Of a stretch of 64,000 nt of DNA, positions 48,818-58,715 are shown piece after piece. Source of the stretch: Chitinivibrionales bacterium (lineage in GTDB: Bacteria; Fibrobacterota; Chitinivibrionia; Chitinivibrionales; FEN-1185); assembly GCA_035516255.1 (NCBI GenBank), contig DATJAL010000018.1, positions 22,992 through 86,991 of the forward strand, written 5' to 3'. Both the position numbers and the translations under genes were made by a program. Each line of letters opens with the position of its first letter. Within the stretch, counting starts at the first letter, position 1. A model generated the notes under the pieces. It was not told the origin of the DNA. It made no database searches and saw only the letters and a program-made list of their open reading frames with translations.

Positions 48818-51640
48818 CTACCTTATCTTTTCCACCACCCTTAACCCTTCAACTCCTCCGCTCTTCACCTTTACAATATATATTCCCGTTCCGCAATTAA
48901 ATCTCACCATTGCCTTTCCCGGTCCGGCAATTATCCGATGTAAAATCCTTCTTCCTCCCATATCAAACACGTTTATTGTGTATTGGTCCCTCGAAAGGCC
49001 ATGGAACCATAATAGGCCATCTTTTAAAGCAATCGAAGGTATAACTGTGGCGGGCGTAGCAATTACCTTTTTGTCATTCTTTATCCCCGCCTTTATCTCC
49101 ACGCCCGTCGGATTTGCCGAGTCAACGTCAATATCAGGCCATACGGTCCTTCCCAGCCGCTGCGAGTCCTGGGCCGCGGGCTGGTACACGCCGAACTCGT
49201 TGGCGTTGCAGTCGAGCCACAGCGTGATGCGGCGGTATTCCTCGTTTGTCAAGGTCACGGCGTGGTGCGTTGAGTCCAGATGGTGCAGAAGGCCTGACGC
49301 GCGCGCGCCTACATAGGCGACGGTGGCGCGCGAGCCGCCCGTGTTCGGCAGCGTCATGGCATCGCTGTCGCCGGGCAGCGCGTACACGTAATCGGCGAGC
49401 GACGCGTAGCTCATGTCCGGGCCTTTTCCCTGCTGCGCGTGGCAGGGCGCGCATTTCGCGTCGAGCACGGGCTGGGCAAGGGTGTAAAAATTGAACGGCA
49501 TTGCGCCGTTCGGCACTTCGGGCGCAATGGTTGACGGCTGCCTGCGCCACGCCGTGGGAAAATTGACCGGCGGAGTGGACCATTTGTCGTCGTGGCAGCC
49601 GATGCACATGAGCTGCTCGCCCGGATGCACGTAGGTGGCGGTGCGCATGGACATCGCGGCGAGGCCGTTGTCGTCGAGCGCCTGGAAAAGAATGCATTTT
49701 CCCACGGGCGCTTCGAAATATGCGCTGCCGTCAAGCTCGACCGGCACGATGCCCAGCGGCATGCGGCACATTGATTCGGAAGCGTACCCGGTGGTCGGAT
49801 CGTTCTTGTCGGGAGTTGTTTTTGGAATGAGCTGGATGATGCGCAGCCATTTTATGGAGCCGTCGAACGACCAGGTGAAATCGGAATTCATGACGTTCAT
49901 CAGCTTGATCGTCGCCATTGGCGCCGCTGCGGAGGCGCGCTCGCCCTGCCATGTCTGGGTCGCGATCGCGGGCGGGGCCTGCCGCGGCGCCACGGGAATG
50001 GGGGAGAGCGCCCGCACCATGCCCACGCCGTAGGGGATGCTGTCGCATTGGTAAAGCAGGGTCCTGTTGCCGAACATGTCGAGGCTGTAGATGCCGCGGC
50101 CGAAGTTGCACAGGTACAGCGATGTGTCGATGGGCCACGGCGTTCCGTACGAGCCGGCGGTGTCGCCATTGGCGGGCGCCTCGGTTTCCGGAAATTTCAC
50201 CGCGGGGGTGAGGCGCGTGACCTGCGCCATGGCGCCGTCGTCGCGCACGCTCGTGTTGATGAGGACAAGGGAGCCGAACGATTCGCCGTGCATCGGGACC
50301 GCGGCGGCAACGTAGCGGCCCTGCAGGCCGGGAATGGAGCGGATGTACGTTTCCATTGCCGGCCTGTCAACGCGGCCGTCGGTCCACGGGCCCACGCCGA
50401 AGGTTGAAAGCGGCAGGGGATAATTGCCGTGATAGGAGCGCGGGTCGCGGCCGTCGGGATACGTGAGCCACAGGTGGGCTGCCATGGAGTTCGCGCGGTC
50501 GATATGGTCCCAGCGCGTGTAGATGATCCTGCCGTCGTTGTCCACGCTCGGAAAGAACTCGTTTGCCTCGTGATAGCTCAGGCAGATGAGGTCGGTGCCG
50601 TCGGCATTCATGGAATGAAGGGTGAAGGCAGGAACGGGCCGCATGAAGCTGCGGCCGAACCCGCCGCGCCGCGTTGACATGAACGCGATCCTGCCGCCGG
50701 GCAGCACGCAGGGATGAATGTCGTCGAAGTTGCCTGATGTCAATTGCCGCAAGCCGGTGCCGTCGATGTTGACGCAAAAGATGTGGTAGCGGTTCGCCTC
50801 GGCCCATTTCTGGGTTCCGCCGCTGGACCAGGAAAAGTAAACGGTCCTCGCGTCCCACGAAAGTTCGGGCGACAAAAACGAGCCGCCGGTTATTTTCTGG
50901 CCGGCCAAGGGCCCGTTTTCCACAAGGGAACTGTCAAAAACATTGACAAGCGAGGGAGACGTAGAAAAGGGGTCGTTGAGAAGGTAAAGCCCGCCCGGCC
51001 TTCCATTGTGGCCAAAGTATTGGTCACAGAAATGCTCGCCGTCATATTCCGATTTTGTCCCCACCTGTCCGCCCAAAACACCATGCACCACAAAAAGAAT
51101 TTGTTTGATGCTGTCGAGCCTTGCGTCTGAGGTTGCAAGCGCGCGGTTGAGTGCCATTGCCTCGGCAAAAAGGTTTTTTCTGAGTATTGAATTTCCCGCA
51201 GCAGATTTTGCAAGACCGGCCGCGGGCTCGCATGCGGCGCTTGAACTCATCAGGCTTTCCAAACGTTTTTCGAGCGACGCGAATTTTTGAGGGCCCTGGC
51301 GCTGTTTCAGGTATTGTAACTGCGCGTTGGTGCGGCGGAGAGCAACGTCGAGCGGGTCGCGGTCGGTGTCGAGGATCAATGCTTGACGGTTGAGAACCCT
51401 GTTTGAATTGTTGATTGTTTTTGCCAGTGCGGACTCCCCGCGGCCATAATTTTCGATTTGGCGGGCCAGATCGGCATACTGCTGTTCGATGTCATATTGG
51501 ATGACCCGCGGTGAATTCACCACCGTTGCGGCATATGCTGGTTTGTCAAGTATAAATGTGGGGAAGATTAATGATAATAAAACAATAAGGCATGTGACAA
51601 TCCCGGTGTGAGCAGGAAAATACCTTTTAATGTTTTTCAT
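48818..51640 (-). CDS. secreted TolB-like propeller protein with two CXXCH motifs and T9SS-type CTD
   Basis: Signal peptide. The repeats YFSWSSGG..., RIAFMSTRRG..., DGRIIYTRWDH are typical of WD40-like/PD40 propellers. CIGCH and CAPCH lie ~50 aa apart. C-terminus VFDMGGRRILHRI...GIYIVKVKSG...VVEKIR. Confidence 0.75.
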   Translation of the reverse strand: MKNIKRYFPAHTGIVTCLIVLLSLIFPTFILDKPAYAATVVNSPRVIQYDIEQQYADLARQIENYGRGESALAKTINNSNRVLNRQALILDTDRDPLDVALRRTNAQLQYLKQRQGPQKFASLEKRLESLMSSSAACEPAAGLAKSAAGNSILRKNLFAEAMALNRALATSDARLDSIKQILFVVHGVLGGQVGTKSEYDGEHFCDQYFGHNGRPGGLYLLNDPFSTSPSLVNVFDSSLVENGPLAGQKITGGSFLSPELSWDARTVYFSWSSGGTQKWAEANRYHIFCVNIDGTGLRQLTSGNFDDIHPCVLPGGRIAFMSTRRGGFGRSFMRPVPAFTLHSMNADGTDLICLSYHEANEFFPSVDNDGRIIYTRWDHIDRANSMAAHLWLTYPDGRDPRSYHGNYPLPLSTFGVGPWTDGRVDRPAMETYIRSIPGLQGRYVAAAVPMHGESFGSLVLINTSVRDDGAMAQVTRLTPAVKFPETEAPANGDTAGSYGTPWPIDTSLYLCNFGRGIYSLDMFGNRTLLYQCDSIPYGVGMVRALSPIPVAPRQAPPAIATQTWQGERASAAAPMATIKLMNVMNSDFTWSFDGSIKWLRIIQLIPKTTPDKNDPTTGYASESMCRMPLGIVPVELDGSAYFEAPVGKCILFQALDDNGLAAMSMRTATYVHPGEQLMCIGCHDDKWSTPPVNFPTAWRRQPSTIAPEVPNGAMPFNFYTLAQPVLDAKCAPCHAQQGKGPDMSYASLADYVYALPGDSDAMTLPNTGGSRATVAYVGARASGLLHHLDSTHHAVTLTNEEYRRITLWLDCNANEFGVYQPAAQDSQRLGRTVWPDIDVDSANPTGVEIKAGIKNDKKVIATPATVIPSIALKDGLLWFHGLSRDQYTINVFDMGGRRILHRIIAGPGKAMVRFNCGTGIYIVKVKSGGVEGLRVVEKIR

Positions 51641-51763
51641 TCGGGACGCGACCCGGCTAAATATTATTCGCAGAAATAAAAGGCTCGGGCATTACCACAA
51701 TGAATAATATAATGAAAAAGCTCTCTGTGCTGTCAAAATAGAAAAGGTGAGCCAATTGGTTCG

Positions 51764-51856
51764 CGCCTCACCCTTTCACCCCGCCCTCCGGGCGCCCCTC
51801 TTCCCCCTCTCCGACGGCGGAGAGGGGCTGGGGGAGATGGGGTGAGGCGAAAATCA
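51764..51856 (+). repeat. long imperfect GC-rich hairpin repeat
   Basis: The outer arms cgcctcaccc (51764-51773) and ggggtgaggcg (51839-51849) pair. The inner perfect hairpin is cccctctccg-acgg-cggagagggg (51804-51827). Confidence 0.6.
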
Positions 51857-51939
51857 AAAAGCGGAATATGCAGGATGAGTCAAATGATTCACTGCTTGAG
51901 GGGAGAAACCGAAGGAGTCACGTCAATCAACCAACGAGC

Positions 51940-53394
51940 CTATTTCTTCTTCTTTTTCATCTTCGCGTACTCGGTGTTTACCGTCGAGTCAAGCGCGACG
52001 AACGACGGCGTGGCAACGTAACGGGCGAGAAACGACTGGCGGTCGAGGTATTCGTCGTAGGCCTTCTGGACTTCCTTGCGTTCGAGCCAGACGTAGATGT
52101 TGATGATGATCTGGTTCGCCTTGATCTTGTTCTCCTTCATCATCTCCTCGCTGCGCCGCTGCTGGTTCTCCTGCGCAACGCGCATGTTGGCGAGCCGAAG
52201 CTCCTCGGTGGAGGTGAGCCGCGCGCTGCTCGCCTGCGCCGCCTTTTCGCTGTCGGCCTTCGCCTGCGCCTTTTTCTTCGCCGCGCTCATGAGGTCCGAC
52301 ATCATGGACGACGAATCGGCCGCGGCGGTCGTGGATGCCGACGCGAGCTCCTTGCCGACCGCGGTGTCCTGCGTCTTGCGGCCGGCCATGGCTTTTTCGA
52401 GGATCGCAAATTCGACTTTCGATGTTTTTTCCGGGCTCACGCCGTACTTCTTGAGCCGTTTCTCGAGAAAATCGCTTGCCGCGATCACACCCTGGTCGTT
52501 GATCATGAAGATGTTCACCCGTACCAGCGAATCCTCCTTGCGCACCATGGCGTCGCGCAGGCGCTTGTTGCGGAAATAGAATTTGTCCCATTCCACCTTG
52601 CGCGCCATGTTTTTTATGCTCTCGAGGCGGTCATCGAGCACGTCAAGCGCGCTGCGTGCCTCGAAAAAGCAATGGTTGGCGATGAGGAGCTCCGTGATGT
52701 CCTCGTTGCGCACGATGAATTCCCGCTCGTTGTCGAGCGTTATCTTCGATTGGATCTTCGCCGCGATCTGGCTGTATTGAGTGATGGAGATGCCGAGATA
52801 GTCCTTGTTGTTCTTGAGATACACGAGTTCCTGCCATGCGACGTCGAAATCGCCCGAGGACAACGCCTTGTTGAACGACGCCTCGGCCTCGCGGAGAATG
52901 TTGTTTTTCCTGTTTTCGAGGGACGTGCCGAACTCGTACGACTTTGCGCGATCGATCGAAAGCGCCTGGTTGTATAGCTGCGAGAGTATCAAGAAATCCG
53001 GACGGGGTTTGGCGAGCTCCGCGTTGAACGTGCCCACGAGGTCGTTGACCTGCTTCTGGCGCTTCTGGTTTTTCTCGAGCAGCAGGCCGCTTTCCTCGAG
53101 GTAGATCTGGCCCTCGAGCTCGTTTACTTTCCACAATATGTATTTCTCGTTGGGGTTTCCTTTTGCGATGTTCTTGAGACGGCTCGCTATCTGTTTCGCC
53201 GACGCGATGGCATCCTCCAGCTTCATGCCCATGCCCGAAACGTCGGTCGCGGCATTGAGGTTGTAGTACGCGCGCTGGATTGAGGTATCGATGTAGGTCT
53301 GGCTGATGTACTGCTCGGCAGGCGCGGCCGCAAAAAATAGCAGAATCACCGGCAGCGGAAGAACGGCTTTAAACAGGGGGATCCTGAGTCTCAT
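51940..53394 (-). CDS. secreted alpha-helical/coiled-coil protein with K/E-rich C-terminal half, unknown function
   Basis: ATG 53394 gives the signal peptide MRLRIPLFKAVLPLPVILLFFAAAPA; the track start 53463 overlaps the upstream gene. The C-terminus is charged and ends KMKKKKK. Confidence 0.55.
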   Translation of the reverse strand: MRLRIPLFKAVLPLPVILLFFAAAPAEQYISQTYIDTSIQRAYYNLNAATDVSGMGMKLEDAIASAKQIASRLKNIAKGNPNEKYILWKVNELEGQIYLEESGLLLEKNQKRQKQVNDLVGTFNAELAKPRPDFLILSQLYNQALSIDRAKSYEFGTSLENRKNNILREAEASFNKALSSGDFDVAWQELVYLKNNKDYLGISITQYSQIAAKIQSKITLDNEREFIVRNEDITELLIANHCFFEARSALDVLDDRLESIKNMARKVEWDKFYFRNKRLRDAMVRKEDSLVRVNIFMINDQGVIAASDFLEKRLKKYGVSPEKTSKVEFAILEKAMAGRKTQDTAVGKELASASTTAAADSSSMMSDLMSAAKKKAQAKADSEKAAQASSARLTSTEELRLANMRVAQENQQRRSEEMMKENKIKANQIIINIYVWLERKEVQKAYDEYLDRQSFLARYVATPSFVALDSTVNTEYAKMKKKKK

Positions 53395-53446
53395 GGTGGT
53401 ATAAACTATATCATGGATTGGCGGAAAAAACCACCCCTTTATTGCC

Positions 53447-54946
53447 TCACCGGCACACGGCAATTTTTGCCTTGACCGCCTGTCCCCTTGACGTGACGGT
53501 AATCAAATATATTCCGTTTGTCACCCTGCAGCCGTTTTGTCCGGAATAGTCCCATACAAATGTTTTTGATGACCCGGCAAAGGTGCGGACCAGCTGTCCC
53601 TCCAGGGAAAAAACCGATGCCGAATATTCCGCGGGAGCGGAGCGTTTTGTTGCAATGACGCAAAAGTTCCTGCCCGGCAATACGCTTATAAATGATTGAT
53701 CGTGCACCATGCCGGTTTTTGGAGCCGGCAGCGCCGCTGTTGACGAAGGCCCGTACACCTCGAATTCGAACATCGAATAGCCGAATCCCGAGAGGCGCTG
53801 GAGGCACCGTACGCGCACGAATCGGGCCTGTGTCTGAGCTATTTTGATGGGCCGCTTTTCCCAACCCTTACCGTCGGTGATGTGGCTGACGGTCGTCCAT
53901 CCCTGGTCGTTGTCCGAGGCGGCGTTGGCGACCTGAAGCAGATACTCCTTTGCGCCGGAGTCTTCCCAATTGAGAAAAACCGAGTCTATGAAGCAAACGC
54001 TCCCCAGGTCCACGTACACCCAGGCCGAATCCTTGTTCGGATCGTTTTTGTAATCCGTGCCCCACCTGGTTGATGAATCGTCGTCCACAACATTCGAGGC
54101 GACGAGATCGCCGCCTTCCGCGCTCGTGCATTTCGCGAATTTCTTGCAGGCGAGGTTGATCCTGGCCTTTTGGGACCACGAAAGCGACGCCGCGTTCGAG
54201 GTGTCGCCGCCGCAGGGGGAGGAGACGACGCACCGGAACAGGGCGCCGCTGTCCGCCGCAACGGGCTTGAACGCGTAGTACGCGCTTGTCGCATTTGTAA
54301 TGTCCGCCCATGCAAGGCCGGACGGCGAACTTCTCTGCCATTGGAACAGCATGTCGGTGCCGTTTGCATAGACGTTGAAGGAAGTGTTGAGCCCGGCATT
54401 GAACGTCCGGTCGGCGGGATCGGCGGCCACGACCGGCGGCACGCATCCGCTGTAGTTCCCGTACACTTCAAACTCCCATATCGAATACCCGAAAATGGAC
54501 GCGCGCTTGTACCCGCTGAGCCGCACGAAGCGCGCCTGAACGGGCGCGAAGGTGATGGAGCGTTTCTCACCCTGCGTGCCGTCGGTGATGTGCGCGGCCG
54601 TGGTCCACCCCGCGTCCGAGGTCGGCAGGGTGGTCGCGGTCTGGATCGCGTAGTCCTGGCCCGCGGCGGTCTCCCAGTTGACAAAAACGGAATCAACGGC
54701 GTAGGGAACGCCGAGGTCGACCATGATCCACTCTGAGTCCGTCGTGTTGCTTTCCCAGCGGTCGCTCGTCACGCCGTTCACGGCCTTTCCCGGCGGATTG
54801 TCCTCGCCCACGCTCGAGGCCCACACGGGCCGGTACAGGGCGAGGTTGGGACGGGCGAACACATCCGCGGAGCTTGAAATCAGCAGGGCAATGAAAATGA
54901 TGGCCGCGGAATGATGGACATAATGCGGAGTTTTGATTGCTTTCAT
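53447..54946 (-). CDS. T9SS cargo: discoidin(F5/8-C)-Ig-discoidin-CTD protein
   Basis: Two copies of NLAL...ASS...AVNG/VDD..S.RW.....W..VDLG...IDSVF.NWE...A.EY..Q, separated by an Ig-like module (FQWQRS...ADSGALFRCVVSS). The CTD ends KAKIAVCR. Confidence 0.8.
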   Translation of the reverse strand: MKAIKTPHYVHHSAAIIFIALLISSSADVFARPNLALYRPVWASSVGEDNPPGKAVNGVTSDRWESNTTDSEWIMVDLGVPYAVDSVFVNWETAAGQDYAIQTATTLPTSDAGWTTAAHITDGTQGEKRSITFAPVQARFVRLSGYKRASIFGYSIWEFEVYGNYSGCVPPVVAADPADRTFNAGLNTSFNVYANGTDMLFQWQRSSPSGLAWADITNATSAYYAFKPVAADSGALFRCVVSSPCGGDTSNAASLSWSQKARINLACKKFAKCTSAEGGDLVASNVVDDDSSTRWGTDYKNDPNKDSAWVYVDLGSVCFIDSVFLNWEDSGAKEYLLQVANAASDNDQGWTTVSHITDGKGWEKRPIKIAQTQARFVRVRCLQRLSGFGYSMFEFEVYGPSSTAALPAPKTGMVHDQSFISVLPGRNFCVIATKRSAPAEYSASVFSLEGQLVRTFAGSSKTFVWDYSGQNGCRVTNGIYLITVTSRGQAVKAKIAVCR

Positions 54947-54974
54947 GGCTTCTCCCCCGAAAGGCGTGAAATTC

Positions 54975-56504
54975 CTATCTGCAAACCTTTGTCGTTCGCA
55001 TCACGATTCCGTCACCGCAGGTAATTCTCGCGATATACGTGCCGTTCTTCACCGTTTTCCCCGCCTGGCCGCGAAAATCCCAGAATGGCGCATCGGTCAA
55101 GTGCCTCACCAGTTTGCCCTGACAGGAAAAGATGTCGATGAAAGAAATTTTGCCCGTGTTTGACAGGAAGCGCATCCCATCCGTTCCGTAAACTACGTTG
55201 ATTTCCCGCCCCGGGCTCGCATCGACAGGCGCTCCCTTTGCAAAGACCGGTACCGGCGTGCCATACACCTCGAGCTCGAAAATCGAGCACCCGTAATTGG
55301 TCAGCCGCTGATAGCACCGGATGCGCACGAACTGCGCCGCGGTGGGCGGCACCTTGAGAAACGACGTGCACCAGTCCGCCGGCGGCGGCTGGTAATACAG
55401 GGTCGTATCTGTCAACAGCATGGTCCAGCCGTTGTCGTTGTAGGCGGGCGTATCAACGTCGGAGCTCCAGACCTGCACCGAATATTTCTTCGCGCCCGCG
55501 TGTTCCCAGTAAATGGCAAGGGAGTCGATGGTGTATTTCGCGCCGAGGTCGACGAAGATCCACGACGAATCGCCGCCGGCGCTTGACCAGCGCGAGGCCT
55601 GGCTGACGGTGCCGTCCACGGAGAGGCCGGGGAAAAAACCGCTCTGGATCGCCGACGATTTGGCAATGGTGTTGAGCGCGATGTTGGTGCGCGCCGGTTT
55701 CTTCGAGGGCACCGAAAGCACCGCGGCTCTGCTCGTGTCGATGCCGCACGGCGAGGAGACCACGCAACGGAACATGGCCCCGCTGTCGGATGCCGCGGGC
55801 GAGAATGAATACGCGGCGGCGGCGGCGCCCGTCCCGACAGCGGCGTCGGCCCATAACGCGCCCTTGGTGTCGCTGCGCTGCCACTGGTACGAAAGGTCGA
55901 GGCCGAGCGCGCTTATCCTGAACGGGACCGGCCAGCCGATGATGCCGATGGTGTTCACCGGCTGCTTGGTGATCGCCGGAATCGGGCAGGCGGGCGTGTT
56001 GCCGTATGCCTCGAATTCGTACATCGAGACGCCGTAGGTCGTAGCGCGCGTCATGCACCGCATGCGCAGGTACCGCGCGGGCGTCGGGGTGAAGGTGATG
56101 GACCGTTTCTCGCCGGAAACCCCATCGGAGACATGCGCGACGGAGGTCCAGCCGATGTCGTTATACGCCGGCGTGTCGATGTCCGACGACCACACCTGGA
56201 GGTAATAATCCTTTGCCGCCGCGGTCTCCCAGGTGATGAACACCGAATCGACGGTGTCTTTTTCGCCGAAGTCAACGAACAGCCACTGGGAATCGGCGGT
56301 GGCGCTGCCCCAGCGCGTGGAATAGTCGCCGTCCACGGCGTTCGCGGCCGCCAGGTCGGCGCTCTGCACCGACGACGCCTTTGCGGTGCGGCTCAAGGCA
56401 AGGTTGGGCCGGGCAGAAACAGGAATAACCGCCGCCGCGGCCAGCATCGTCGATAAAAAAAGGATTGAAGCGTTTTTCAGGAATAATTTTGACACGGAAT
56501 GCAT
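54975..56504 (-). CDS. T9SS cargo: discoidin-Ig-discoidin-CTD protein (paralog)
   Basis: Same architecture as 53447-54946 (YQWQRS...SDSGAMFRCVVSS). The CTD ends RTTKVCR. Confidence 0.8.
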   Translation of the reverse strand: MHSVSKLFLKNASILFLSTMLAAAAVIPVSARPNLALSRTAKASSVQSADLAAANAVDGDYSTRWGSATADSQWLFVDFGEKDTVDSVFITWETAAAKDYYLQVWSSDIDTPAYNDIGWTSVAHVSDGVSGEKRSITFTPTPARYLRMRCMTRATTYGVSMYEFEAYGNTPACPIPAITKQPVNTIGIIGWPVPFRISALGLDLSYQWQRSDTKGALWADAAVGTGAAAAAYSFSPAASDSGAMFRCVVSSPCGIDTSRAAVLSVPSKKPARTNIALNTIAKSSAIQSGFFPGLSVDGTVSQASRWSSAGGDSSWIFVDLGAKYTIDSLAIYWEHAGAKKYSVQVWSSDVDTPAYNDNGWTMLLTDTTLYYQPPPADWCTSFLKVPPTAAQFVRIRCYQRLTNYGCSIFELEVYGTPVPVFAKGAPVDASPGREINVVYGTDGMRFLSNTGKISFIDIFSCQGKLVRHLTDAPFWDFRGQAGKTVKNGTYIARITCGDGIVMRTTKVCR

Positions 56505-56519
56505 TGTTGAGCTCCCCTA

Positions 56520-57356
56520 TTATCTGTAAACGGCTATTTTTTTCTGATACATTTGTCCAGTGGCGTCAATCTTTACCAGATAGACGCCGTTGGTGACGCT
56601 CCGATTAAAAAGGTCCTTATAATTCCAGAATGCTTCGACGGACCCGGAGCAGCGGCAGACGAGTTGGCCTGAAGGGGAGAGAATCTCCGCCGAAAGAGGT
56701 CGCGCCTGCATTCTGCCAAACGAGATGCGCGCACCGGACCTGGCGCAGGTCACGCTGAGCCCGTCGTCGACACGCCGCATTTCGGATTTTGGCCGAACAG
56801 CGGTGATGGCATTTCCGTACACTTCAAATTCATATATCGAAATTCCCCAGCCCGGGTTCCAGAGCCGTTTATAAGAATGCATGCGGACGTACCTGGTTTC
56901 ACGGGGCGGCAGTTTCAAGAAACTGAGGCACCGCTGCACGGCGTCGGTATAGGTGAGCGTGGTGTCGATCAGCAGCGTTGTCCATCCCGTGTCGTTGTTC
57001 GAGGGAAGCGCAATGGTTGAGTCCCACTCCTGAATCGCGTATTTCCCTGAGCCGGAATGCTCCCAGTAGATTGCCACGGAGTCGACCAGATACCGTGTTC
57101 CCAGATCCACGTAAATCCAAGCGTTGCCTTTCATGGAGTCCGGCCTTCCGTCAATGTAGTTGTTCTCCCACCGGGATTCTCCGGAGTTTATTCCGTCAAC
57201 CGCCATGGCCGGCGTGCGCGCTCCCACGTAGCTGTCGGCGATTGCGGTCTTGTCCAAGGCGAGATTGGTTCGGGGCGCCGAAAAAATATTGGCGGAAAAT
57301 GCGGAGATAAAAATGCTGGAGAATAAAAGAATTGAAATGATGGCAAACCTATTCAT
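56520..57356 (-). CDS. T9SS cargo: single discoidin domain + CTD (paralog)
   Basis: NLALDKTAIADS...AVDGINSGESRWENN...WIYVDLGTRYLVDSVAIYWEHSGSGKYAIQEW. The CTD ends QKKIAVYR. Confidence 0.8.
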   Translation of the reverse strand: MNRFAIISILLFSSIFISAFSANIFSAPRTNLALDKTAIADSYVGARTPAMAVDGINSGESRWENNYIDGRPDSMKGNAWIYVDLGTRYLVDSVAIYWEHSGSGKYAIQEWDSTIALPSNNDTGWTTLLIDTTLTYTDAVQRCLSFLKLPPRETRYVRMHSYKRLWNPGWGISIYEFEVYGNAITAVRPKSEMRRVDDGLSVTCARSGARISFGRMQARPLSAEILSPSGQLVCRCSGSVEAFWNYKDLFNRSVTNGVYLVKIDATGQMYQKKIAVYR

Positions 57357-57476
57357 GTTCCCCCTCTTCCTAAAAACATGAAAATGGTTTTAAAATTGTG
57401 TCACCGAATTGACGGTTTGGAAAAAAAGAGGGCCCTGCTTGGCCCCCTTTTCTTTCCATTTTAATAATGCTCCCGC

Positions 57477-58340
57477 TTATCTGTAAACCGCAACCTTGCC
57501 TTGTAACGAATTTCCACCCGCTGAAACCTTAATGAAATAGGTCCCGTTCGGCACGTTCCTCCCATTGACATCTTTGTAATTCCATAATGACGCCTCGGAC
57601 CCGGAGAGATGACGGATCATTTGACCGGAAGGAGAAACGATTTCAGCAGAGGTTACGTGCAGGTTTCCCGATTTAATCTGCACACCGGACTTTGTATTTA
57701 TCAAAGACAAGCCGGCTGGAGAATGACGCATTTCAGGGTTCGGCTGTGTAGCGGTGCTCGGTGTACCAAAAATCATAAATTCAATTATTGAAACACCCCA
57801 CGAGAAAATTCTTTTGTAAGAATGCATCCGAACATAGCGTGTATTCGTCGTGGGCAGTTTTAAAAAGCTAAGACACATATCAGCAGTGGCGTTATACGTC
57901 AAGGTGGTATCGCGTATCAACGTGGTCCAGTTGCTGTCACAGTTGGCTGCCAGGGGCGGATATGCGGTTGGCGTATCTGTCCCTGCCCACGCCTGAATTT
58001 TGTAATTCGCCGAGCCGGAATGTTCCCAATATATGGCAACCGAATCAACTGAATATATTGCTCCCAGGTCAATGCAGAGCCAAGCATTGCCTCGAACAGT
58101 ATCGACATCTGGATTTTCAGCGCTCCAGTTGTTCTCCCATCTCGAGCTTTGACCGACCCCGCCGCCACCCCATATGCTGTCGACCGCTTTATTTGGCGTG
58201 TTTCCCGTAGCATAGCTGTCGGCAGTTGCTGTCTTATGCAAAGCAATGTCCACCCTTGCCGCCTCGGTCATTGATCCTAATGCTGTCACACATCCAACAA
58301 CCGCTGCAACATTGACCAATCCCCCCCATTTGATCTTCAT
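57477..58340 (-). CDS. T9SS cargo: single discoidin domain + CTD (paralog)
   Basis: DIALHKTATADS...SSRWENNW...WLCIDLGAIYSVDSVAIYWEHSGSANYKIQAW. The CTD ends QGKVAVYR. Confidence 0.8.
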   Translation of the reverse strand: MKIKWGGLVNVAAVVGCVTALGSMTEAARVDIALHKTATADSYATGNTPNKAVDSIWGGGGVGQSSRWENNWSAENPDVDTVRGNAWLCIDLGAIYSVDSVAIYWEHSGSANYKIQAWAGTDTPTAYPPLAANCDSNWTTLIRDTTLTYNATADMCLSFLKLPTTNTRYVRMHSYKRIFSWGVSIIEFMIFGTPSTATQPNPEMRHSPAGLSLINTKSGVQIKSGNLHVTSAEIVSPSGQMIRHLSGSEASLWNYKDVNGRNVPNGTYFIKVSAGGNSLQGKVAVYR

Positions 58341-58715
58341 ACCTCTTCCTTTCTGTTAAAACCGGTTCATAAAGCAGAATCAATCAGATGTAAATACTAC
58401 AATAGGAATAGTACTACAAAAACCGTTGCATTTCAAATCAAATCGACAGATAGTATTCAGAAATCTTGAATTTTCTAAAGGGAAAAGTTCCACGATGAGG
58501 AAAATCAACGCGAGAATCCTCTATTTTACAACTGGCCCCCCATAATTTCCAGTTGTATCTGTCTGGCGCCTCCCAAAATATAAGTATTTTTTCGTGTTTA
58601 TGAAGGAAAATTGTTGCGTGTTACCCAAAGAGGCGGTTGGTATTAATGGGATCAGAATATGGATGACATTTTTAATGGAAACCGATACCGCTCGTGGTGA
58701 GCTTGTCGAACCGGA

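Noticed and set aside
51868-52977. 369-aa plus-strand ORF antisense to the coiled-coil secreted protein gene.
   Set aside because: It is L/R/V/H-rich with repetitive composition and has no start context. The minus-strand frame has a signal peptide and amphipathic helical periodicity. Confidence in the minus-strand gene is only moderate, but it is the better model.
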